Shown here: positions 21,323 through 30,277 of the stretch, in pieces
How positions within the stretch are numbered: position 1 is the first letter of the stretch
Layout of the letters: the number at the start of each line of letters is the position of its first letter
DNA from: Verrucomicrobiota bacterium
GTDB lineage: Bacteria > Verrucomicrobiota > Verrucomicrobiia > Chthoniobacterales > JAFAMB01
Reading direction: 5' to 3'
Length of the DNA stretch: 64,000 nt
Assembly (NCBI GenBank): GCA_019247695.1
Contig: JAFBAP010000101.1
Span: 26,201 to 90,200 of the forward strand
The notes under the pieces: generated by a model
The model's database searches: none
What the model was told of the DNA's origin: nothing
Seen by the model: the letters and a program-made list of their open reading frames with translations, nothing else
Made by a program: the position numbers and the translations under genes

Positions 21323-22180
21323 ATGGCTTTAATCTCCAGTTTTAACGAGGATCGACCCGTTTCGTATTTTCGCGGTTACCCGATTTATTACGCCACCCTG
21401 TTGACGATAGCGTATGCGGTCGGGATCGTGCTGACTGCCATTTGCCAGGCCGCGGGCATCTCGCTCGACGCCTTCGTCTTCCTTCCGCAGCGGTCGATTT
21501 TCGGCGGCCAGATCTGGCAACTGGTTACGTGTACATTCATCAATGAGCCCGGCTTTTTCAGCATCTTCGGGCTCCTCTTCCTCTACGTCTCCGCCGTCGA
21601 GGTCGAGAAGTACCTCGGAATGCGCCGGTTCCTGACCTTGTACGGCCTTTTGCTCGCCACGCCGTTGATCGTGCTGACGGTCTGGATGGCCGTTTTCGGA
21701 TCAAGCTACTATCCGTACTTCGGCAATACCGAGGTGGCCATCGGCTTCTTCCTGGCGTTCTGCGCCCTGTACCCCAACGTTCAATGGTGGGGTGTCCTTC
21801 CGCTTAAGTGGGTCGGACTTGGGTGCTTTGTCCTTGCCCTGCTGGTCTACCTGAGCCGGAGCCAATGGGCCGACCTTTGCCGGCTTTGTGCGGTCAGCGG
21901 TGTCGCCTTCGGCTACATCCGTTTTCTGCAGGCCGGCATCACCCGGCCGCGGTTCCCTCGGCTGTTCGCCCGCAAAGCGCGGCCGAAGATTCACGTGGTC
22001 ACCAAACCTTCGCCCGCCCGCCCGGTGTCCTCGCCCAAGCAGCCGGTCGAGACCACAGCCGTTGAAATTGACGAGTTGCTGGACAAAATCTCTAAAAAAG
22101 GGTTGGGCAGTCTGACGGCGCAGGAACGTGCCGCCCTGGAGCGGGCCCGTGAAAAACTCCTGGAGAAGGACAAGAAATAA
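21323..22180 (+). CDS. Rhomboid-like membrane protein, apparently lacking the catalytic Ser/His
   Basis: Rhomboid-type WQLVTCTFIN (a His is usual at the N position), GNTEVAIGF where GxSG is expected, and no AH..G in the last helix. C-terminal IDELLDKISKKGLGSLTAQERAALERA tail. Confidence 0.6.
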   Translation: MALISSFNEDRPVSYFRGYPIYYATLLTIAYAVGIVLTAICQAAGISLDAFVFLPQRSIFGGQIWQLVTCTFINEPGFFSIFGLLFLYVSAVEVEKYLGMRRFLTLYGLLLATPLIVLTVWMAVFGSSYYPYFGNTEVAIGFFLAFCALYPNVQWWGVLPLKWVGLGCFVLALLVYLSRSQWADLCRLCAVSGVAFGYIRFLQAGITRPRFPRLFARKARPKIHVVTKPSPARPVSSPKQPVETTAVEIDELLDKISKKGLGSLTAQERAALERAREKLLEKDKK

Positions 22181-22253
22181 GCGCTGATGAAACCGGCAAG
22201 GGGGGTGTCTCCGGCCGGGATGGGGCGAAGCTGAGGGTATCCGGCCGGTTTTG

Positions 22254-23054
22254 ATGAATTCCGATTCCATCCAGCGTCTGCGCGAGATCGTCCGGCGGCT
22301 TCGGGCGCCCGGCGGTTGCCCGTGGGACCGGGAGCAAACGCATGTTTCCCTTAAGCCTCACCTGCTGGAGGAATGCTACGAGTTGCTGGAGGCAATCGAT
22401 GCCGGCGACAACGATCACCTGCGCGAAGAACTCGGCGATCTGCTTCTGCAGGTGACGTTGCACGCTCAAATTGCGGCCGACGACGGCCGGTTTTCCCTCG
22501 ACGACATCGCCGGAGAGCTTGCGGATAAACTCGTTCGCCGCCACCCGCACGTTTTCGGCGAGAACCGCCTTCCCGACAGCGATGCCGTCCTGAAGCAGTG
22601 GGACCAGATCAAGGGGGAAGAAAAGACGGAGCGGCGCTCGGCCCTGGACGGGGTGCCGCCCCACCTGCCGGCCCTGGCGCGCGCTCAGAAGGTGCAGTCA
22701 AAGGCCGCCCGCGTCGGTTTTGATTGGCCGGATGCGGCCGGTGCCCTTGCAAAGGTCCACGAGGAACTCGGGGAAGTCGCCGCTGCCGCCGCGGTGGAAC
22801 TCGAGGCTGAGGTGGGTGATCTGCTGTTTGCAGTCGTCAATTACGCCCGGAAGCGCAAGATCGACGCCGAGCAGGCTTTGTTATCCGCCACGCGGAAGTT
22901 TTCCGACCGGTTCCATGCCGTGGAGGAGTTGGCGCAGGCGCGTGGCTTGGACGTTAAATCCCTCAACCTGAAACAACTGGATGCGCTCTGGGATGAGGTC
23001 AAAGGGCGGAACGGAGGTCAAGGCGCAGCCGGGGGTGAGCCGCGCGCCGGGTGA
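22254..23054 (+). CDS. mazG: Nucleoside triphosphate pyrophosphohydrolase MazG
   Basis: CPWDREQTH..SLKPHLLEECYELLEAI plus a second EELGDLLF-type repeat, giving the tandem MazG domain organisation. Confidence 0.9.
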   Translation: MNSDSIQRLREIVRRLRAPGGCPWDREQTHVSLKPHLLEECYELLEAIDAGDNDHLREELGDLLLQVTLHAQIAADDGRFSLDDIAGELADKLVRRHPHVFGENRLPDSDAVLKQWDQIKGEEKTERRSALDGVPPHLPALARAQKVQSKAARVGFDWPDAAGALAKVHEELGEVAAAAAVELEAEVGDLLFAVVNYARKRKIDAEQALLSATRKFSDRFHAVEELAQARGLDVKSLNLKQLDALWDEVKGRNGGQGAAGGEPRAG

Positions 23055-23085
23055 TCGCCCCGGGACCCGGTTCAGTGGGTGTAAA

Positions 23086-23865
23086 CTATTCCTTGTCAAA
23101 CCTCGCCACGAGCATCGGCAGTTTATGGCTGCGCACCCGGCCGGTTGCATCGAAAGCCAGGCTCATTCTCCTGGCCGTCTCGGGCGGCGCAACCCGGGCA
23201 TGTTCCTGCAATGCGGCGATTTGCTCGGGCGTGGCGCCGGCCTGCTGCGTCCACCAGCCGAACTCCAGGTCGTAGAACACGTCTGCCGATTCCCGGTGCA
23301 CAAAACCGGCTCGCGCTGCCAGTTCGCGCCACGCTTCCGGGGTTCGCTGCGTGACGTGAGACGGGTCACGGATGATTTCCCAGCGGTCGATCCAGGGCCG
23401 ATCCTCGTCGGCGGGCGAGACCTGGTCAGCAAGCACAAACCGGCCGCCGGCCTTCAGGACCCGGAATGCCTCGGCCAGAAAGGTTTCAACCGACCGGAAA
23501 TGGTGCGGGGCGTGCCGCGCGGTGACGAGGGTGAAGCGGTTATCGGGAAAGGGCAGCGCTTCGGCTGATCCTTCGACGAAGCGCACGTTCCCGCGACCTT
23601 GCTCGGCTGCCAGGCGGCCGGCCTCAGCCAGCATTTTAGTGGAGACATCCAGGCCGATGACCTCGGCCGCATATTCCGCGACGGCAAGTGCCGTGTGACC
23701 GGTGCCGGTCGCCACGTCCAGCACGACATCCTCGGGACCGGGCTGGGCCAGGCGCAGCAGTACAGGCAGGCTCGGGCCGGCCCGGTGTACCGGGCTTTCG
23801 GCGTACCGGCGGGCGTTCAGGTCGAAGATGGTAGGTTCGGTACCGGGAACAGAGTCGGGCTTCAT
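23086..23865 (-). CDS. Class I SAM-dependent methyltransferase
   Basis: VLDVATGTGHTAL (motif I) and FTLVTARHAPHH (Methyltransf_11-like pattern). Confidence 0.85.
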   Translation of the reverse strand: MKPDSVPGTEPTIFDLNARRYAESPVHRAGPSLPVLLRLAQPGPEDVVLDVATGTGHTALAVAEYAAEVIGLDVSTKMLAEAGRLAAEQGRGNVRFVEGSAEALPFPDNRFTLVTARHAPHHFRSVETFLAEAFRVLKAGGRFVLADQVSPADEDRPWIDRWEIIRDPSHVTQRTPEAWRELAARAGFVHRESADVFYDLEFGWWTQQAGATPEQIAALQEHARVAPPETARRMSLAFDATGRVRSHKLPMLVARFDKE

Positions 23866-24015
23866 ACGTGGACGAGGGCAAAAACTATCTGGATGCGAAT
23901 CGCGGCGCTGAGCCGATTCAGCCCGGAAGGGCCCGGGCTTGGCTTTGCGGCCCGGGCTAATCCTTAATCGCGGCTCCCAGGGTTGCCGATTCTGGGAAAA
24001 ACAGTAAACTATCAG

Positions 24016-25584
24016 ATGTCGGAAACACCCTTTCCGTCGCCGGAAGAACTCCAGAAAAAGATCCAGGAGTTCATGAAGTCAAACTTCGGCGACAAGGTTT
24101 CGGTCGCAACTTTTACCCAGCCTGCCGGAAACGAGGAATCGCCTCCGGCTGCGGCCGCTCCAGACCCTTTCAGCTTTGCCTTCACGCCTAAACAAATCAA
24201 GGCGCACCTGGACCGTTACGTCATCCGCCAGGACGACGCCAAGAAGACGCTGGCCATCGCGGTGTGCGATCACTACAACCACGTGAACCTGGTGCGGCGG
24301 TTGGAGAAAGAAAACCCCGCACGAGCGGGGCAGCTGGAATACAGCAAAGGCAACGTCCTGTTGCTCGGCCCCACGGGCGTCGGTAAGACCTACCTCGTCA
24401 AGCATGTGGCGGATCTGATCGGAGTCCCGTTCGTCAAGGCGGATGCCACCAAGTTCAGCGAGACGGGTTACGTCGGTGGCGACGTCGAAGATCTGGTGCG
24501 CGAGCTTTACCAGAAAGCTGACGGCGACCTGAACATCGCCCAGTACGGCATCATCTACATCGACGAGATCGATAAGATCGCTTCGAGCAGCAATCTGGCC
24601 GGCCGGGACGTGAGTGGACGGGGGGTACAGACCACGTTGCTGAAACTCATGGAGGAGACTGAGGTCTCGGTGCGCAACCCGATGGATATTCAAGCTCAGA
24701 TCCAGTCGGCGTTCGAGGCGCAGCGGCGCGGAAAGTCGAAGCGCGACGTCATCAACACGCGGCACATCCTGTTTATCTGCAGCGGCGCGTTCGACCGGCT
24801 CAAAGAGCAGGTTTTCCGGCGTGTGCGCCAAGCCGGTCTGGGGTTCGGCGCGGAAGTCAAATTGGTCGAAGACGCCGGCGCATTGCGGATGGCGACCACC
24901 CGGGATTTTATTGATTACGGGCTCGAACCGGAGTTTATCGGGCGGCTGCCCGTACGGGTGGTCTGCGAGGAATTGTCCGTGGACGACCTGTTTGCGATTC
25001 TGAAAACGTCCGAGGGCAGCGTGATACGCCAGTACCGGCGCGCGTTTGAGGCGTTCGGCATTGAAGCCGTGTTTGACGACGATGCGCTGCGTGAGATTGC
25101 CGTCCGGGCGGCAGCCGAGAAAACGGGTGCCCGCGGGCTGGTAACGGTGTGCGATCGCGTGTTTCGCGATTTCAAGTTTGAACTGCCGGGAACCGGCGTT
25201 CGCCGGTTGGATGTGACCGCCCAACTGGTGCTCGACCCGCCAGGGACGCTGGAACGCGTCCTGCAGCTCGCCCAGGCCGCGGCGGAATGGACCCGGGCCG
25301 AGAAGGTGCGGCAATTTGCCGAGGCATTCTCCGTGAAGCATGGGGTGAAATTTATGCTCGCGGATGACGCCGTTCAGTTGATCGTTGCGCGAGCGGGCGA
25401 AGTCGGCCGCGACGTGGTGGATTACTGCGAAAACCTGTTCCGCGATTACCCGTACGGCTTGAAACTGCTTCGCGACCGCAACACGGAGGCCGCCTTCGTG
25501 GTCCCGGCGGCCGCCTTGGACGACCCGGACCGGTTTTTGAGCGACCGTGTGGTAGAATTTTACCGTCAGAACGAGGCGCGTTGA
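24016..25584 (+). CDS. ClpX-like AAA+ ATPase lacking the N-terminal zinc ribbon
   Basis: LDRYVIRQDDAKKTLAIAV, Walker A GPTGVGKT, pore loop GYVG, Walker B IIYIDEIDK, and GLGFGAEV (IGF-loop-like). There is no Cys4 N-domain, and there is a ~130-aa C-terminal extension. ATG at 24016. Confidence 0.8.
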   Translation: MSETPFPSPEELQKKIQEFMKSNFGDKVSVATFTQPAGNEESPPAAAAPDPFSFAFTPKQIKAHLDRYVIRQDDAKKTLAIAVCDHYNHVNLVRRLEKENPARAGQLEYSKGNVLLLGPTGVGKTYLVKHVADLIGVPFVKADATKFSETGYVGGDVEDLVRELYQKADGDLNIAQYGIIYIDEIDKIASSSNLAGRDVSGRGVQTTLLKLMEETEVSVRNPMDIQAQIQSAFEAQRRGKSKRDVINTRHILFICSGAFDRLKEQVFRRVRQAGLGFGAEVKLVEDAGALRMATTRDFIDYGLEPEFIGRLPVRVVCEELSVDDLFAILKTSEGSVIRQYRRAFEAFGIEAVFDDDALREIAVRAAAEKTGARGLVTVCDRVFRDFKFELPGTGVRRLDVTAQLVLDPPGTLERVLQLAQAAAEWTRAEKVRQFAEAFSVKHGVKFMLADDAVQLIVARAGEVGRDVVDYCENLFRDYPYGLKLLRDRNTEAAFVVPAAALDDPDRFLSDRVVEFYRQNEAR

Positions 25585-25626
25585 GCGGGAACCTGCCATG
25601 CCGTCCGTCGAGAGGTTTACCACTTC

Positions 25627-26250
25627 ATGGCCATGCTGAGTAAAAAGGTAGATTACCCCGGGCCGATCCGTGAGCTCGTGCAACAGTTGCGCCGCATGCC
25701 GGGCATCGGGCCGCGCAGCGCCGAACGCATCGCGCTGTGGATGGTGCAGACGCCGGACGCGCGCGCAAAGGACATTGCGGAAGCCATTTCCCAAACGGCG
25801 GCCCGGATCCGTCCCTGCCGGCAATGCGGGTTTTTTGCCGAACATGACCTGTGCGACATCTGTGCCGATCCAGGGCGGGATCGGAACTCACTTTGCGTCG
25901 TGGAACGCGCCACCGACATCATTTTTCTCGAGCGGACCGGAGCGTTCGGCGGTCTTTATCACGCCCTGGGCGGCAGGCTTTCGCCTCTGGACCGGATCGG
26001 GCCTGAAGACCTGAAGCTGGATGGGTTGCTCGAGCGCGTGCGCCGTGATCGGCCGGAAGAGGTGATCCTGGCTTTAGGAGCCGACGTCGAAGGCGAGGCC
26101 ACCGCCAGCTACGTGGCGGACCTCTTAAGCGGTGAAGGGTCTCGCGTTTCCCGGCTCGCCCAAGGGATGCCGGCCGGGACAGGCATCGAAAATGCCGATG
26201 ATCTGACCATTGCCCGGGCGTTCCGGGGCCGGACGGCATTCGGGCACTGA
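25627..26250 (+). CDS. recR: Recombination protein RecR
   Basis: LPGIGPRSAERIA helix-hairpin-helix, CRQCGFF..DLCDIC zinc finger, and a Toprim-like C-terminal half. Confidence 0.95.
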   Translation: MAMLSKKVDYPGPIRELVQQLRRMPGIGPRSAERIALWMVQTPDARAKDIAEAISQTAARIRPCRQCGFFAEHDLCDICADPGRDRNSLCVVERATDIIFLERTGAFGGLYHALGGRLSPLDRIGPEDLKLDGLLERVRRDRPEEVILALGADVEGEATASYVADLLSGEGSRVSRLAQGMPAGTGIENADDLTIARAFRGRTAFGH

Positions 26251-26268
26251 AAGTAAGCGCGCTTCCCG

Positions 26269-27363
26269 ATGAATGTGCCTTCACAAAAAATCCTCGTGGC
26301 GATGTCCGGCGGCGTTGACAGCAGCGTCGCCGCGCTGCGGTTGCGCCAGCGCGGCGTCGAGGTTGAAGGGGCATACATGAAGAATTGGATCAACGAGGAA
26401 AATGTCCTCGGTGATTGCCCCTGGCAGCAGGACATCGCCGACGCGCGGTCGGTCGCAGAGTCGCTCGGCATACCTTTTCACGTGTTTAACCTCATGCGTG
26501 AGTACCGGGCCCGGGTGGTCGAATACCTTCTACACGGCTACCAGAGCGGCATCACCCCCAACCCTGACGTGATGTGCAATCGGGAGATGAAATTCGGGGT
26601 GCTTCTGAATCTGGCGCGCGAGAAGGGGTTCGCGGCCGTTGCCACCGGACATTATGCGCGCCGCCGTCAGCGCGACGACGGAACCTGGGATATTCTGGAA
26701 GGGGCCGACGATTCGAAGGATCAATCCTACTTTCTGGCCCTGCTTCGGCAGGAACAGATTGCGGCCGCCCGTTTTCCGGTCGGAGAACTGCGTAAACACG
26801 AGGTCCGCGCCCTGGCCCGCCAGCACCGGTTGAGGACCGCGGACAAGAGGGACAGCCAGGGCATCTGCTTCATCGGCGACGTGAAAATGTCGGATTTCCT
26901 GCGGGCGTTTGTGCCGGATCAGCCCGGCCCGATCAAGGACCTTGAGGGACGCGTTCTGGGCGAGCACCGGGGATTGCACCTCTACACGCTCGGCCAGCGG
27001 CGCGGGCTGCGCGTGCCGTCCAATACCCCGTACGAAGCTTACGTGGTGGTCGAAAAACGTCCGGGCGCAAATGAGCTTATCGTGGCCTTTGATCGTCCGG
27101 AGACCGAGGGGCTGTACGCCCGCCGTTGCCGGATCGGTTCAATTTCTTACACGAACAAGGCGATCGGCTCCGTTGCAAATATCCGCGCGAGACCCCGCTA
27201 CCGGGCGCGTCCCGCCGAGGTGCGCTTTGAACCGGCGGACGACCGGCAGGCCTGGCTCGAATTCGCCGAGCCGCAAAGGGCCTTAACTCCCGGCCAGATT
27301 TGCGCGTTGTACGACGGTGAAGTACTGCTGGGCGGCGGAATTTTTGAGGAGGTTTATACCTGA
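26269..27363 (+). CDS. mnmA: tRNA 2-thiouridine(34) synthase
   Basis: [17 protein letters not shown]-loop, NPDVMCN, and the DSQGICFIG catalytic Cys region. Confidence 0.95.
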   Translation: MNVPSQKILVAMSGGVDSSVAALRLRQRGVEVEGAYMKNWINEENVLGDCPWQQDIADARSVAESLGIPFHVFNLMREYRARVVEYLLHGYQSGITPNPDVMCNREMKFGVLLNLAREKGFAAVATGHYARRRQRDDGTWDILEGADDSKDQSYFLALLRQEQIAAARFPVGELRKHEVRALARQHRLRTADKRDSQGICFIGDVKMSDFLRAFVPDQPGPIKDLEGRVLGEHRGLHLYTLGQRRGLRVPSNTPYEAYVVVEKRPGANELIVAFDRPETEGLYARRCRIGSISYTNKAIGSVANIRARPRYRARPAEVRFEPADDRQAWLEFAEPQRALTPGQICALYDGEVLLGGGIFEEVYT

Positions 27364-27397
27364 CGCCCGCCGTGCGGCGTCGGGTTCAGGTCGTTGC

Positions 27398-28489
27398 ATG
27401 ATGCTGGAACGGCTGGTGCTCCGTGATTTTCGATGCTTTACCCGGTTGGAAGCCGAATTCCATCCCCAGGTGACCTGCATCGTCGGCCGAAACGCCATCG
27501 GCAAAACGTCTCTCCTGGAGGCGATTGCCGTGCTGCTCCGGCTCCAGTCCCCGCGTACCGGCAGCCTCCAAAACGTGATTCGAGCGGGCGCAAAAGGCTT
27601 GGTCGTGGACGGTCTTGTGGACCGGCGGCACCTGCAGTTTTACTACAGCCCCAAACGGCGCAAGCTGGCGCTCGACAGCGTCGAGCAGAAACTCACCACC
27701 ACTTACCTCGAAGTCGCCCGCGTGGTGTACCTGGCAAATTCCGATATCGACCTTGTCCGGGGTCCGGCCGAACTGCGACGCCGCTTCCTCGATTTCCTCG
27801 GCGCCCAGTTGCTTGCAAACTACCGCGAGATCCTGCGGTCGTACGAAAAAGCGCTTCGCTCGCGCAACGCCTACCTCAAGATGTATCCGTCGCGTCCACG
27901 CGAGGTACAGGCCTACACCAAGGTCCTCCTGAAGTTCGGCCATCAACTCACCGCCCTGCGGGCTTTTCTGGTTGAACGGCTCGAACCCGAAGTCGTCCGG
28001 GCGTTTGCCACGATCAGTGACCGCGGTGAGGTGGTCTGCCTTCGTTACCTGCATGGCGCCACCATGGACTTCGAACGCGCCCTACACGAAAGCGCCGCAG
28101 AAGAGGAGAGACTCCGGACAACCGTGGTCGGTCCGCACCGGGACGACGTCCAGTTCCTGCTCCACGACCAACCTGCTGACCTCTTTGCTTCGGAAGGACA
28201 ACAGCGCACTCTGGCCATTGCCCTTAAGCTCGCGCAAGCCAAGCTTTTGGCGGCCGATTTTTCACGGCCGCCAATCCTGCTTCTGGATGATGTCTTTGGT
28301 GAATTGGACCAGACCCGGCGTAACCGCCTGCTCCAGCAGCTCCCGCCGGCTTCTCAGCAAATCGTCACGACCACGAGCCTGAATTGGCTGGCGGAACTTC
28401 CCGCCGGACGAGTTTGCCGCCTGGAAGAAGGTTCGGCGCCGGCAGATCGGATCATCATGGATCGCCCCTCCGGCTCCTCGGCGTCATGA
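27398..28489 (+). CDS. recF: DNA replication and repair protein RecF
   Basis: LRDFRCF...IVGRNAIGKTSLLEAI (Walker A) and SEGQQRTLAIALKLA...LLLDDVFGELD (signature and Walker B). ATG at 27398. Confidence 0.9.
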   Translation: MMLERLVLRDFRCFTRLEAEFHPQVTCIVGRNAIGKTSLLEAIAVLLRLQSPRTGSLQNVIRAGAKGLVVDGLVDRRHLQFYYSPKRRKLALDSVEQKLTTTYLEVARVVYLANSDIDLVRGPAELRRRFLDFLGAQLLANYREILRSYEKALRSRNAYLKMYPSRPREVQAYTKVLLKFGHQLTALRAFLVERLEPEVVRAFATISDRGEVVCLRYLHGATMDFERALHESAAEEERLRTTVVGPHRDDVQFLLHDQPADLFASEGQQRTLAIALKLAQAKLLAADFSRPPILLLDDVFGELDQTRRNRLLQQLPPASQQIVTTTSLNWLAELPAGRVCRLEEGSAPADRIIMDRPSGSSAS

Positions 28490-28502
28490 CCGGAAGGCAC
28501 GC

Positions 28503-29099
28503 CTAATGCCCCTTGAGCTCGTTCAGCAGCTCTTCTCTGGCCTGGGCCCAGTCGCTCTGGTCGTCACCGGGGAGACCTTCACGCTGGCGGCGTTCGGAAA
28601 TGAAGTAAGCGCGAAGTTGGACCTGGTCATCGGTGGGTTCCTCCAGGGGCGCCGGTGCAACTTCCGGCGGCGGCTCTGACATAAGGGTCGCCACCCCGGG
28701 CGATTGCTCCAAAACCACGGTCTCCGTGACGGCTGAAGGGGCCGCCGTGACCTCCGGCGCAGGCTCCGCCGATGGAAGTGATGATGAAGGTGAAGGCGCC
28801 TCGCCGGCGGGTGCCGGCCGCGGCTTGCGGCGGGTTGCCTTACGCTTGGTTTCACGCGGTGCACCGCTTGCCTTTGCTTCTTTCGCCGCGGCACCCTTGC
28901 TCACCGTGCGCACCGCCTTTCCCCTTGTCCCGGCCGGGGTTTCGGCCGGACCGGGTGCATCCTGACCCTGGTCCGTCCCTTCAGCCGCCGCTTTCAGATC
29001 CACTTCCGGTACATTTGCCGCCTTTGCCTTTACCGTTCTGGATTTCCGCACCGTGCGCTTTTCGGAGTCTCCCTGTTTTGCATCCTTATCAGCTTCCAT
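28503..29099 (-). CDS. DUF2934-like protein with a long K/A/P-rich basic N-terminal region
   Basis: The C-terminal LRAYFISERRQREGLPGDDQSDWAQAREEL matches the DUF2934 pattern. The N-terminal ~150 aa are low-complexity K/A/P/T. I prefer the ATG at 29099 over the TTG at 29123. Confidence 0.6.
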   Translation of the reverse strand: MEADKDAKQGDSEKRTVRKSRTVKAKAANVPEVDLKAAAEGTDQGQDAPGPAETPAGTRGKAVRTVSKGAAAKEAKASGAPRETKRKATRRKPRPAPAGEAPSPSSSLPSAEPAPEVTAAPSAVTETVVLEQSPGVATLMSEPPPEVAPAPLEEPTDDQVQLRAYFISERRQREGLPGDDQSDWAQAREELLNELKGH

Positions 29100-29195
29100 C
29101 TTGATATGCCTCCGTTTGGACAATATCCGCCAACCCTAATGCGAATCGGCAGCCAGTAAATACAAATCCTTTGTACCCGCGCTTAAATGCCCAGC

Positions 29196-29222
29196 CCGGT
29201 AACGGGTAGCGGGTAACGGGTT
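29196..29222. repeat. Short G-rich heptamer arm (CGGGTAA-type, ~4 units)
   Basis: CCCGGTAACGGGTAGCGGGTAACGGGTTCGG. It is inverted relative to the 22-unit array 145 nt downstream. Confidence 0.75.
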
Positions 29223-29367
29223 CGGTTCGGAATTCAGGGTGGCACGTCAGGAATGGCTGCCGGCATTCCATGCAATGCCGCCAATAACGAGGCCGCGTGT
29301 GCCGGTGCCGCAGCGTCGTCGAGTCACGGATTTGGTCTTCCCGCCTTAGTCGCCGTCCAACCGACTC

Positions 29368-29521
29368 GCTACCCGCTACCCGCTACCCGCTACCCGTCAC
29401 CCGTCACCCGTCACCCGTCAGCCGTCAGCCGTCAGCCGTCACCCGTTACCCGTTACCCGTCACCCGTTACCCGTTACCCGTTACCCGTTACCCGTTACCC
29501 GTTACCCGTTACCCGTTACCC
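29368..29521. repeat. 22-unit perfect-phase heptanucleotide tandem array
   Basis: Read unit by unit: GCTACCC x4, GTCACCC x3, GTCAGCC x3, GTCACCC x1, GTTACCC x2, GTCACCC x1, GTTACCC x8. The complement is (GGGTAAC)n. Confidence 0.95.
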
Positions 29522-29569
29522 GTCCTGGACACCCGTTATCCGATGCCCTACGTTTGACCGCACCGAGCC

Positions 29570-30277
29570 GTGCCGCCTTCTTTTTTCCAATCCGATCCGA
29601 CCGGAGTTCGAGTCAAGGTTTGCGGGATTACCAACGCGGCCGATGCCGGCATTGCCGCAGACGCGGGCGCCGATGCGATCGGAATCGTCCTTTACCCTGG
29701 GTCGAAGCGTTTCGTGGATCTGCCTTCTGCAGCGAGTTGGCTGCCGGAACTGATGGGCAGGGTCGTGCGCGTCGCCCTTTTGGTAGACCCGACCTACGAT
29801 GAGGTCCGTCGCGTGCTCGATAACCCTCTGATCGATGCCGTACAGTTGCACGGCGACGAAACGCCCGACTTTTGCGCGCTGCTTGCCGGCCACGGAAAAC
29901 CGGTGCTGAAAGCCCTTCGGATGCGCTCGCGTGAAATTCTGGCCTCGGCGGCAACCTACCCGGTGACTGCTGTCTTGCTGGATGCGTACGTCGAAAAGGC
30001 CTACGGCGGAACCGGGCATACATTTCCCTGGCAATGGGTGGCCGGTTTTCGTACGCCGTTCATTCTCTCGGGTGGATTGACGCCGCACAACGTACGGTTG
30101 GCGGTGCATACCGCGAAGCCGTTTGCGGTCGACGTCTCCAGCGGCGTAGAAACCTCTCCGGGCAGAAAGGATCCGGCCCTGGTCCGCGCGTTTATCGCCC
30201 GGGCCAAGGAAATGCCACCCCAGGGAATGCCACAAATGGAAGAGAGTGACGGGTGTCGAGTAGCGGGTAACGGGTAA
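29570..30277 (+). CDS. trpF: Phosphoribosylanthranilate isomerase
   Basis: VKVCGIT, GADAIGIV, DAVQLHGDE, LLDAY...GGTGHTFPW, LSGGLTPHNV and VDVSSGVE. The start is uncertain (GTG at 29570). The last ~20 codons and the stop lie in the 19-mer and heptamer repeat. Confidence 0.85.
   Translation: MPPSFFQSDPTGVRVKVCGITNAADAGIAADAGADAIGIVLYPGSKRFVDLPSAASWLPELMGRVVRVALLVDPTYDEVRRVLDNPLIDAVQLHGDETPDFCALLAGHGKPVLKALRMRSREILASAATYPVTAVLLDAYVEKAYGGTGHTFPWQWVAGFRTPFILSGGLTPHNVRLAVHTAKPFAVDVSSGVETSPGRKDPALVRAFIARAKEMPPQGMPQMEESDGCRVAGNG

Noticed and set aside
24079-25845. 588-aa ORF antisense to the ClpX-like gene and recR
   Set aside because: Same reasoning as above. The sense strand has AAA+ and RecR motifs and the antisense frame has none.
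26470-26495. parS-like site (TTTTCACGTGTTTAAC) and other CACGTG-containing sites
   Set aside because: Only the left half resembles TGTTTCAC|GTGAAACA, the right half does not, and the site lies inside mnmA. No convincing parS was seen by eye anywhere in the window.
29368-29521. CRISPR array
   Set aside because: The repeats are 7 nt, strictly contiguous, and have no spacers. No cas genes are present in the window.
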